This document shows positions 1 to 7,970 of a stretch of DNA of 48,178 nt, piece by piece. The DNA comes from Acidimicrobiaceae bacterium (GTDB lineage Bacteria > Actinomycetota > Acidimicrobiia > Acidimicrobiales > RAAP-2). The DNA lies in NCBI GenBank assembly GCA_003136495.1, contig PLER01000046.1, forward strand, positions 1 to 48,178, given 5' to 3'. The notes beneath the pieces are model-generated. The model was given only the letters and a program-made list of their open reading frames with translations. It searched no databases and was not told where the DNA came from. The translations under genes were made by a program, and so were the position numbers. Position 1 is the first letter of the stretch; every line of letters starts with the position of its first letter.

Positions 1-57
1 CGTGCCCAGGGCCGCTACCAGCGGTAGGGCGACGAATGTTTTGATCCTGCGGTTCAT
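1..57 (-). CDS. 5' end of a secreted protein (runs off window start)
   Basis: Minus strand: GGAGAG RBS (61-66), then ATG at 57, MNRRIKTFVALPLVAALGT. Basic N-region plus hydrophobic stretch is signal-peptide-like. Not in the ORF track. Confidence 0.6.
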   Translation of the reverse strand, partial: MNRRIKTFVALPLVAALGT

Positions 58-189
58 GTGCTCTCCAATTACACTAATTACGATGGAAGTACTAGAGATT
101 AGCAAACCTGAGCGCGCCCGCCATTCACCTCAGACCTTTTTCTCGTCTTTCCGCGCGTTTTCTAAGGGTTCAAACGCGAACCCGTCGCG

Positions 190-690
190 TTACGCGCGTG
201 CGTGACGTCCCCGAAAGGCGCGCCGGACCGGCGCTAGGTGAACCAGCGCGTTGTAGGTCACGATCGCGATAGCGATATGCAGCCAGACGAGCACGAACAC
301 CGCTTCGCCCGACGACCCCTGATGCCAGATCCAGGCGTCCGGCGCGAACAACACGATCGTGACGACGATCGCCGCGCGTAAGAACAACCAGCGAGGGCTG
401 GACGTGATCTGCGCGACGATGGGCCACGCCACGCACGCGATAATCACCCCGATGATGGTGAGCTTGGAGTAGTCGGAGAAGCGAAAATGCACGAAACCCT
501 TCGTCGAAGGAAAGACCGCGACGCCCAGTTTCACGAGCAGGTAGTCGGCCAACAACGATCCCGCGAGGGCGACTACGGTCGCGATTAGCAAACCCAACGC
601 CGATGGCGAACCCACCGATCGGAAGTCGATACGCAGCCACTGTAGCAACGGTCGTAGCGGCGTGGGGAAATCCTCAACACGTAGTTTCAC
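190..690 (-). CDS. Small integral membrane protein, about 4 TM helices (DUF6069-like)
   Basis: 166-aa ORF with four hydrophobic segments; start uncertain. Confidence 0.6.
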   Translation of the reverse strand: MKLRVEDFPTPLRPLLQWLRIDFRSVGSPSALGLLIATVVALAGSLLADYLLVKLGVAVFPSTKGFVHFRFSDYSKLTIIGVIIACVAWPIVAQITSSPRWLFLRAAIVVTIVLFAPDAWIWHQGSSGEAVFVLVWLHIAIAIVTYNALVHLAPVRRAFRGRHARA

Positions 691-835
691 AGAAGGCGCA
701 TCTCTCGAGGAGTATCAGGGGCGAGCACCCAATTCTAGCGTTGCGTTGAATTCATCGACCGTTGAGGACAGGAGCATAGGGAGTAGTACAGCGCTGTGAC
801 TACGAGCGCGGTCCTGCGTTGCCCTCTTCGCAGCG

Positions 836-1318
836 TTAAGCCACGAATCGGTCGCGAGCGTCCTTCAAGACCTCTAGCGCTTCGGCGCGACCGGCGTAGT
901 TCTCAACCTTGACCCACTTACCCTCGTCGAGGTCCTTGTACACCGTGAAGAAGTGGCGGATGCGGTCGAGGATCTCCTGGGGGACGTCGGTGATGTCGTT
1001 GGCGTCCTTCCACTTCTTGTCGTAACTGGGCACCGTGATGAGTTTCTCGTCGCGGCCGTTCTCGTCGGTCATGATGCACATGCCGAGGATCTTCGATTCG
1101 ATCAAGCAACCCGGAAACGTCGGAAACTCCGTCAATACCAGCGCGTCGAGGGGATCGCCGTCGCCACCGAGGGTGTCGGGGATGAATCCGTACTCCGCGG
1201 GGTAGCCCATGGCGACGATGAGGTGTCGATCGAGTTTGATCGTGTGGTTCTCGTGGTCGTATTCGTACTTGTTCTGACTGAATCGCGGAATCTCGACGAT
1301 GACGTTAACGCTGTCCAT
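836..1318 (-). CDS. ppa: Family I inorganic pyrophosphatase
   Basis: VEIP, NKYE, YGFIP, DGDPLD signature, DEKLI, FF.VYKDL. Confidence 0.95.
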   Translation of the reverse strand: MDSVNVIVEIPRFSQNKYEYDHENHTIKLDRHLIVAMGYPAEYGFIPDTLGGDGDPLDALVLTEFPTFPGCLIESKILGMCIMTDENGRDEKLITVPSYDKKWKDANDITDVPQEILDRIRHFFTVYKDLDEGKWVKVENYAGRAEALEVLKDARDRFVA

Positions 1319-1496
1319 AGCGAACCCTCTTTTGAACTCGACGCGGTGGGTGCCACCGGAACGTCGTCAATCGTAGCGAACCCTCTCCACCGGCTCCCCG
1401 GTGGCCCACCTCGACGGGTCGCGCCGAGCACCGAGAATGCCCAGACCTAGACTGAACGCGCACAGCGGCCACGGTGGGCCACACGAGGAGGTTCCG

Positions 1497-2351
1497 ATGG
1501 ATCGAATTGGCGTCGTGGGATGCGGACTCATGGGATCGGGCATCGCCGAGATCGCGGCTCGAGCGGGCGGGAAAGTCCTCGTCGTGGAGGCGGACGCGGC
1601 GGCGATGGAGCGCGGACTCGAGCGCATCGAGCGATCGCTCGCGCGGGCCGTGAACTCGAAGAAGATGTCCGAATCCGAAGGCGCGGAGGTGCGCGCGAAC
1701 CTCTCATTTTCGACCGACTTCTCAGAGCTGGCGGATCGGGAGTTGGTAGTTGAAGCCGTCGCCGAAGACGAGAGCGTGAAGCTCGAAGTCTTTCGAAAGA
1801 TCGACGCCGCCGTCGAGGACCCTCACGCCATCCTCGCGACGAACACGTCGTCCATCCCGATCATCAAACTCGCCATGGCCACCCAACGGCCCCAACAGGT
1901 CATCGGCCTGCACTTCTTCAACCCGGTGCCGGTGCTCAAGTTGGTCGAACTCATCTCCTCGCTGCTCACCAGCGCCGAGACGACCGCGCGAGCGAGGGAC
2001 TACGCCACGAACTTCTTGGGCAAGCGCGTCATAACCTCGCCCGACCGCGCCGGATTCGTCGTGAACGCGCTGCTCATCCCCTACTTACTCTCGGCCATCC
2101 GCATGCTGGAGTCGGGTTTCGCGAGTCCCGAAGACATCGACACGGGCATGGTCGTTGGCTGCGCGCACCCCATGGGTCCCCTGGCCCTGACCGATCTCAT
2201 TGGTCTCGACACCACTATGGCGGTCGCCGAGTCCCTCTACGAGGAGTTCAAGGAACCTCACTTCGCGCCACCACCCCTCCTCTCTCGTATGACCCAGGCG
2301 GGTCTGCTCGGGCGCAAGTCGGGCCAGGGCTTCTTTGCCTACCGGTCCTAA
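1497..2351 (+). CDS. 3-hydroxybutyryl-CoA dehydrogenase
   Basis: GAGGAGG RBS before ATG 1497; GCGLMGSG Rossmann motif, ATNTSS, GLHFFNP, GFVVN, HPMGPL. Confidence 0.92.
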   Translation: MDRIGVVGCGLMGSGIAEIAARAGGKVLVVEADAAAMERGLERIERSLARAVNSKKMSESEGAEVRANLSFSTDFSELADRELVVEAVAEDESVKLEVFRKIDAAVEDPHAILATNTSSIPIIKLAMATQRPQQVIGLHFFNPVPVLKLVELISSLLTSAETTARARDYATNFLGKRVITSPDRAGFVVNALLIPYLLSAIRMLESGFASPEDIDTGMVVGCAHPMGPLALTDLIGLDTTMAVAESLYEEFKEPHFAPPPLLSRMTQAGLLGRKSGQGFFAYRS

Positions 2352-2393
2352 ACCCTCCGCCTCGTGCGGACGAGACGTGACGAAGCGCCCGCG

Positions 2394-3242
2394 GTGAAGA
2401 ACTTCGTCGTCACGTTGCGCTGTAACGACGTGCCCGGGATCGTACGCGCGACGAGCGCCGCCATCGTCACCGTGGGCGGGAACATCCTGGAGAACGACCA
2501 GTTCACCGACCCGGTGACGAATCAGTTCTGCATGCGCACCCGCTTCGAGACCGAGACCGACGACGTGCCCCTAGTGCGCGCGACCCTCGAAGCCGAGCTC
2601 GCGCCATTTACCCCGACCCTCGGCGTTCGCCTCGAAGACGTGCGGCGCCGAGCGCTGATCATGGTCTCGAACTACGATCACTGCCTCGCGGAGTTGCTCT
2701 ATCGACACGAACAAGGCGACCTGCCCCTCGACATCACGTCAGTCGTCAGCAATCATCCGCACTGTGCGCCCTTGGCCGCGCGCTACGGCGTGCCCTTCTT
2801 CGAGATACCCGTCACCAAGGAGACCAAGCCACAGGCCGAAGACGCCCTGAGGGAACTCGTCGCCACACAACACGTCGACTTCGTCGTCCTCGCTCGCTAC
2901 ATGCAGGTCATCTCGGCCGGACTCTGTCGGGACCTCAGCGGGCGGATCATCAATATCCACCACTCGTTCCTGCCCGGCTTCAAGGGAGCCCGGGCCTACC
3001 ACCAGGCCTACGAACGTGGGGTAAAGCTCATCGGTGCGACCGCGCACTTCGTCACCTCCGACCTCGACGAAGGTCCCATCATCGAACAAGACGTCCTTCG
3101 AGTGAGTCACGCCCGCCAGCCCGCGGAGTTGGCGTCACTCGGGCGCGACGTCGAACGCAGCGTGTTGGCGAGGGCCGTCAAGCTCGTCGCCGAGGATCGC
3201 GTGGCCCTCGTGGGGCATCGCACCGTGATCTTCTCGCAGTAG
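2394..3242 (+). CDS. purU: Formyltetrahydrofolate deformylase
   Basis: N-terminal ACT domain; LARYMQ, INIHHSFLP, GATAHFVT.DLDEGPII. Start GTG 2394 or 2364. Confidence 0.95.
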   Translation: MKNFVVTLRCNDVPGIVRATSAAIVTVGGNILENDQFTDPVTNQFCMRTRFETETDDVPLVRATLEAELAPFTPTLGVRLEDVRRRALIMVSNYDHCLAELLYRHEQGDLPLDITSVVSNHPHCAPLAARYGVPFFEIPVTKETKPQAEDALRELVATQHVDFVVLARYMQVISAGLCRDLSGRIINIHHSFLPGFKGARAYHQAYERGVKLIGATAHFVTSDLDEGPIIEQDVLRVSHARQPAELASLGRDVERSVLARAVKLVAEDRVALVGHRTVIFSQ

Positions 3243-3252
3243 GCACCACCGC

Positions 3253-3277
3253 GAACCTTTTGGGGCTGGCCCGCGTC
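3253..3277 (+). promoter_or_regulatory. Putative ECF-type promoter upstream of the ECF sigma gene
   Basis: GAACC (3253-3257), 16 nt spacer, CGTC (3274-3277); typical ECF -35/-10 architecture. Confidence 0.5.
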
Positions 3278-3344
3278 TCTATAGATATGGGTACTAATTT
3301 CCGCCTTCAACGTCGAGCGGTCGTCGGTGGGAGGCTCTAGCGAC

Positions 3345-3872
3345 ATGAACGACCTCGCGACCTGGCTCGAGGAGGGTTACCCGCAGTCGGTTCGCACCGC
3401 GTATCTCATTCTGGGTAATCGACTCGACGCCGAGGATGCGGTGCAAGAGGCGTTCCTTCGGGCCTGGAAGTTCCGAGACTCGTTGTCAAAAGAGACGAGC
3501 ATCAAACCGTGGCTCTATCGCGTCGTCGTGAACACGTGTAACTCGAAACTCCGCCAAGAGATTCCACACCGGGACCGACGCGAGAGTGACGACGACCTGA
3601 GCGACACGCCAGCGGCGGACGACATGCCGAGTCGTCTAGCGATCTGCGACGGCGTCTTGCGAGCGCTCAGCGACTTACCCCCGCACCTGCGCGTCGTCGT
3701 GGTCCTTCGCTACTACGCGGACCTCAGCGAACGAGAGATTGCCGTCGCCATCGGTCGAAAGCCGGGCACGGTGAAATCGCGCCTCAACGAGGCGCGTCGT
3801 CGACTGAGCCAGCACCCCGACCTTCAGCCCGACATCTCGCACCGCGGAGAACTTAAGGAGATATCCGGATGA
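3345..3872 (+). CDS. ECF (sigma-70 group 4) RNA polymerase sigma factor
   Basis: Region 2 DAEDAVQEAFLRAW / WLYRVVVN; region 4 LSEREIA...GTVKSRL. Confidence 0.92.
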   Translation: MNDLATWLEEGYPQSVRTAYLILGNRLDAEDAVQEAFLRAWKFRDSLSKETSIKPWLYRVVVNTCNSKLRQEIPHRDRRESDDDLSDTPAADDMPSRLAICDGVLRALSDLPPHLRVVVVLRYYADLSEREIAVAIGRKPGTVKSRLNEARRRLSQHPDLQPDISHRGELKEISG

Positions 3873-4948
3873 CCATGATCGATGAAGAACTCCTCACTAC
3901 GGCCCTCCACGCGGAAGCCGACCAATTCGAGGTTTCCGCCGACGCTCGCTCTCGACTCCTGGATCAGATTGCGGGGACGGAGGTTCGAGGAACTCGGCCT
4001 ACAACCTTCGTTGGTTCACGACGAGGTCGTTCACTGGTTGGCGCCGCCGCGGCACTCATCGTGGCGCTGGCCATCGCCGTGCCCTTGCGCAATCAAGAAT
4101 CTCCCGCCCCGCACGCCGCGCTTCGGAACCCCGAAAAGATTGTTCGGGGTGAGAAGTATGCGCCGTCAACGGGAGCACTCGCCATTACCGGTTCGGGATT
4201 CGCGCTCACGGCAACCGGCGCTGCCGCCGATCACAGCACCGCGGAGCAAGCGACGGCCGGCACGGCCCAGAAGATCGAGTCGAACGGAACCGTCGCGCTG
4301 GTGGTTGTGCACGGTCAGGTCGCCGACGCCATCACGACGCTGACGAAGCTGGCCACGGGCGATGGCGGCCTGGTCGACAGCACCAGCGCCCACGGCGGCA
4401 CGGGCTCGGCGGAACGGTTCTCCAGCGGGACGGTCGTGTTGCAAGTTCCTCAGTCGAGCTTTGCGCGGTTAGTCGCGCAGGTCCAACGCGTGGGTCACGC
4501 CACGTCGGTCACGACCAACTCGAACAACGTCACGGCTCAATACGTTGACCTCCAGGCCCGCATCCACGCGCTCGAAGTGAGTCGCGCTGAGTACCTCGTC
4601 ATCATGACGCGCGCCACGACCATCAGCGCCATCCTCGCGGTGCAGAACCAGGTCAACCAACTTCAGAGCCAGATCGAGCAGTACCAGGGTGAGTTGAAGG
4701 TCCTCAACAACGAGACGACCTACGCCGCGCTGACCGTGAACCTCTCTGCGAAGGGACACCATTCGTCGACGCATCACCGGCGCACCGGCTTCGCGAAGGC
4801 CTGGCACGACAGCGTGGCCGGTTTCATCGACGGATTCGAGTGGCTGTTGCGACTCGCCGGACCGTTGTTGTTCGCCGCGATCCTGCTCGGCGCGCTCTAC
4901 GCACTCGCCAGACTCGCGCGCCGGTCCTTCGTTCGCCGCCGGCTCTAG
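3869..4948 (+). CDS. Membrane protein with DUF4349-like domain; putative anti-sigma factor
   Basis: ATGA overlap with the sigma gene; short N-terminal helix, TM segment, NVTAQYVDLQARI coiled-coil region typical of DUF4349, C-terminal TM. Confidence 0.7.
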   Translation: MTMIDEELLTTALHAEADQFEVSADARSRLLDQIAGTEVRGTRPTTFVGSRRGRSLVGAAAALIVALAIAVPLRNQESPAPHAALRNPEKIVRGEKYAPSTGALAITGSGFALTATGAAADHSTAEQATAGTAQKIESNGTVALVVVHGQVADAITTLTKLATGDGGLVDSTSAHGGTGSAERFSSGTVVLQVPQSSFARLVAQVQRVGHATSVTTNSNNVTAQYVDLQARIHALEVSRAEYLVIMTRATTISAILAVQNQVNQLQSQIEQYQGELKVLNNETTYAALTVNLSAKGHHSSTHHRRTGFAKAWHDSVAGFIDGFEWLLRLAGPLLFAAILLGALYALARLARRSFVRRRL

Positions 4949-4964
4949 ATCCGCGCGGCGTTAC

Positions 4965-5008
4965 TCACCACGATGCCCGGATCACGAGTGATCCGGGCAT
5001 CGTGGTGA
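4965..5008. terminator. Long hairpin between convergent genes (likely bidirectional terminator)
   Basis: TCACCACGATGCCCGGATCAC-GA-GTGATCCGGGCATCGTGGTGA, perfect 21-bp inverted repeat; no U-tract. Confidence 0.75.
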
Positions 5009-5034
5009 CACGGCGTCAAAGCGACGCGGGGGCC

Positions 5035-5697
5035 TTAGGCCGACGGCGCGCCATCGGCAGGACTCTCCGCCTGAGGGGCGAGGGTCTCGGCCAACAGCAG
5101 GTACATCTGACGGCGAAGCTCCTTGAGCAACGCGTCGGCTCGAGCCTTCTGCTCGTCGGTGCCGGCTTCGGCGACTTGGTGCACCGCGACCGCGACGTGA
5201 TGCAACGCGGCGCGCAGCGCCATGTCACCCTGATCGGCCTGGTGCACCATGGTTTCCCACGGGGCGCTGGGGCGCGGTCGGGCCTTCAGTTCGGCGCGTC
5301 CTTCGTCGGTCAGGGTGAACTGACGACGTCCGTCCGCGCTTTCTGAGCGCACGAGGCCTTGGTCCTCGAGCAACTGCAGAGCCGGGTACAACGACCCGGG
5401 GCTCGGGCGCCACAGACCGTGGGTCCGTTCGGCGAGCTCCTGCATCATCTCGTAGCCGTGCATCGGGCGCTCCTCCAAGAGGGAGAGGATGGCGAGACGA
5501 ACGTCGCCTCGTCGTCCGCGGCGTGGGCCGCGACCTCGCTCACCGGCTCCGCGCTCGCGGTCTTCTTCGCCTCGGAAGCCGCGATGGTGCGGTCCGTGGC
5601 GGCGTCGGCCGCTCGCACGGGTGTCGAAGGGGGTCCCTTCATTTTCTGGGTTTCTACCTCGTCCATTTGACGAGCGATCGAACTCATTGTTTCGCAT
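5035..5697 (-). CDS. PadR-family transcriptional regulator
   Basis: RGDVRLAILSLL.ERPMHGYE, WRPSPGSLYPAL winged helix; R/G/H-rich N-terminus. Confidence 0.92.
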   Translation of the reverse strand: MRNNEFDRSSNGRGRNPENEGTPFDTRASGRRRHGPHHRGFRGEEDRERGAGERGRGPRRGRRGDVRLAILSLLEERPMHGYEMMQELAERTHGLWRPSPGSLYPALQLLEDQGLVRSESADGRRQFTLTDEGRAELKARPRPSAPWETMVHQADQGDMALRAALHHVAVAVHQVAEAGTDEQKARADALLKELRRQMYLLLAETLAPQAESPADGAPSA

Positions 5698-5725
5698 AAA
5701 CGTATCCTTTCGATAGTTTTGGATA

Positions 5726-5758
5726 TGTAACGATATATCGTTACAAGTCGTTTGTCAA
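5726..5758 (-). promoter_or_regulatory. padR promoter with overlapping palindromic operator
   Basis: Perfect palindrome TGTAACGATATATCGTTACA (5726-5745). Minus-strand TTGACA (5758-5753), 17 nt, TATCGT (5735-5730). Confidence 0.8.
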
Positions 5759-5899
5759 GGGGTACGGTGCGGAATTTCCGAACTACCTGATCAAAGGGTA
5801 TCTATCAATCGCCGATCACCAGATTTCCCACTGGGTTTGTCTTCCGCGAGCCGATGCGCGGGCTGAGGGAGCCGCTGAACGAGACGACGGTGCGAAGAT

Positions 5900-5950
5900 G
5901 TGGCGAAGGTTCGTGGCGAAGGTTCGTGGTGAAGGTTCGTGGCGAAGGTT
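5900..5950. repeat. 13-bp tandem repeat, about 4 copies
   Basis: GTGGCGAAGGTTC x2, GTGGTGAAGGTTC, GTGGCGAAGGTT; abuts the kynU stop codon. Confidence 0.9.
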
Positions 5951-7183
5951 TTAGGTGACGGCGTTACGGATCTTGAAGCGCTCATCGAGAAACGCGTCGC
6001 CGTCCATGACCTCGACCAGTTTCTCGACCGCGTCAAAGACGTCCACGAAACGAAGGTAGAGCGGCGTGAAGCCGAAGCGGCAGATGTCGGGCGCGCGGAA
6101 GTCACCTATCACGCGGCGCTCGATCAGGGCCTGGACCACGCCGTAGGCCTCGTCGTGTCGAAGGGCTACTTGACTGCCACGGCGTTCGTGCGCGCGCGGC
6201 GTCACGACGTCGAAGACGCCCGGGAGGCGAGTCTCGACGAGATCAATGAAGAGGTCGGTCAACGCGAGGCTCTTGGCGCGGAGTTCGTCCATGTTGGTGC
6301 GCTCGAAGACCTCCAACGCGCCAGAGAGGGCGGCGAGGGCGATGATGGAGGGCGAGGACGTCACGAAGGCCTGCATACCCGTCGCTGGTTCGTAGGTCAA
6401 CTCGAAGTCGAAGGGCCGGGCGTGACCGAGCCACCCCGGCAGGGGGTTTTCCACCACGCCCTGCCAGGTCGTGCGCACGTAGGCGAACGCGGGAGCTCCC
6501 GGACCGCCGTTCAAGTACTTGTACCCGCACCCGGCAGCGAAGTCGACGTTGGCGCCTTCGACGTCGAGCGGTACCGCACCCGTCGAGTGTGCGAAGTCCC
6601 AGAGCATGAGGGCCCCCGCGTCGTGCACCGCGGCGGTGATGCCCGAGAGGTTGAGCATCTCACCGCTGCGAAAGTCGACGTGGGTCAACATCACGAGCGC
6701 CACGTCGTCGCTGATCTCCTCTTCGAGCGCGCCGCGATCAATGGCTCGCACGGTGACCGGGCGCGCGGCCCGCGACGCCACCGCCTCCACGACGTAGAGG
6801 TCGGAGTGGAAGTTCGCGACGTCGGTCAAGATGACGTGTCGATCGGGGCGCAGCTCGAGCGCGCCGCCGATCAACTTGGCGAGGAGAATCGTGAGGGTGT
6901 CGGCGACCACGACCTCGCCGGGCTTCGCCCCGATCAGCGGCGCGACGCGGTTGCCGAGCTGGGTCGGGAGCGCCATCCACTCGTCGACGTTCCAACCTCG
7001 GACGAGGTCCTTCGCCCATTGGCGGTTGAGGACGTCATTCACCCGCGTGGACGCGGCGCGCGAGAGCGGCCCGAGCGAGTTGCCGTCGAGGTAGATCTCG
7101 CCGTCGTTCAAGAAGAACTCGTCGCGCAGTGGTGCGAGCGAGTCGGCCGCGTCAAGGGCCACGCACGCCGCTCGAGTGGTCAC
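5951..7183 (-). CDS. kynU: Kynureninase
   Basis: YLDGNSLG, WDFAHSTGA, GCGYKYLNGGPG (PLP lysine), GDFRAPD; GTG start overlaps kynA stop (GTGA). Confidence 0.95.
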   Translation of the reverse strand: MTTRAACVALDAADSLAPLRDEFFLNDGEIYLDGNSLGPLSRAASTRVNDVLNRQWAKDLVRGWNVDEWMALPTQLGNRVAPLIGAKPGEVVVADTLTILLAKLIGGALELRPDRHVILTDVANFHSDLYVVEAVASRAARPVTVRAIDRGALEEEISDDVALVMLTHVDFRSGEMLNLSGITAAVHDAGALMLWDFAHSTGAVPLDVEGANVDFAAGCGYKYLNGGPGAPAFAYVRTTWQGVVENPLPGWLGHARPFDFELTYEPATGMQAFVTSSPSIIALAALSGALEVFERTNMDELRAKSLALTDLFIDLVETRLPGVFDVVTPRAHERRGSQVALRHDEAYGVVQALIERRVIGDFRAPDICRFGFTPLYLRFVDVFDAVEKLVEVMDGDAFLDERFKIRNAVT

Positions 7184-7938
7184 AGGACCGAGCGCACTTC
7201 CCACAGCGCGGGGTAGAGCCGCTGACTCAACGTGGTGTCCAAAAAGGCCATGCCTTCACTGCCCCCGGTGCCCGGGCGACGGCCGATCTGACGCCCCGCC
7301 ATGAGGAGGTGCTGGTAACGCCAGAGGGCGAGATTTTCGTCGTGGTCGACGAGGAGCTCCGCCACCGCGTGCAGCGCCGAGAGCGCGCCGGTGTCGTGAC
7401 CGCGGTAGAGCGCACGCAAGAGGTCGAGGAGGTCGTCCTGCGCTGACGCCCCGGTCGTCGTTCGCAGGGAGTGCTCGAAACCCGACCACACGTCGGGCGC
7501 CACGCTGACTGCCCGCAACCACTCACGCTGCTCGTCGTCGAAGAAGTCGAACTCGAGCACCGCCTTTCGCCCTCCGCCGCTCAAGAATTCAATTGCGCGG
7601 AATTGAAAGGACTGAAAACCTGAGGCCGGGTCGAGCGGGTCGCGGAACTCTAAGAAGCCTTCGGGCGACATGGTGTCGAGTATGCGTAGGTGACCGAGCA
7701 ACAGCTCTTCGACCTCGACCATCCGGCGCAGGTGCGAGATCGCCAGCCAGGGCTCGTTGCGATGGAGCACCGTCGAGCTTCGGCGCAGCTCGTCGATCAT
7801 CAACTTAAACCACAGCTCGTAGGCCTGGTGGACGACGATGAAAAGCAACTCGTCGGGCGCGTCCTCGGTCAAGGGAATCTGAAGCTTCAAGAGGTCGTTG
7901 ATACGCAAATACGTTGAGTAGTCAGTCCCTTTGGCCAC
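7180..7938 (-). CDS. kynA: Tryptophan 2,3-dioxygenase
   Basis: Y..YL, DELLFIVVHQAYELWFK, ASGFQS.QFR, GTGGS.G. Confidence 0.93.
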   Translation of the reverse strand: MAKGTDYSTYLRINDLLKLQIPLTEDAPDELLFIVVHQAYELWFKLMIDELRRSSTVLHRNEPWLAISHLRRMVEVEELLLGHLRILDTMSPEGFLEFRDPLDPASGFQSFQFRAIEFLSGGGRKAVLEFDFFDDEQREWLRAVSVAPDVWSGFEHSLRTTTGASAQDDLLDLLRALYRGHDTGALSALHAVAELLVDHDENLALWRYQHLLMAGRQIGRRPGTGGSEGMAFLDTTLSQRLYPALWEVRSVL

Positions 7939-7970
7939 AGCGTGAACTCTAGGTCGCCCGCTCGATGGGC

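Noticed and set aside
67-170. Response-regulator boxes (CTGAG/CTCAG) upstream of the truncated secreted protein
   Set aside because: Matches too short and irregularly spaced to support a call.
5900-5950. Possible CRISPR array
   Set aside because: Units are 13 bp, contiguous, without spacers; no cas genes in the window.
5939-7216. 425-aa plus-strand ORF, and similar long ORFs at 21635-22936, 34269-35846, 36268-37458 and 44217-45356
   Set aside because: Antisense shadows of well-supported genes; expected from stop-codon scarcity at high GC; no recognisable motifs.
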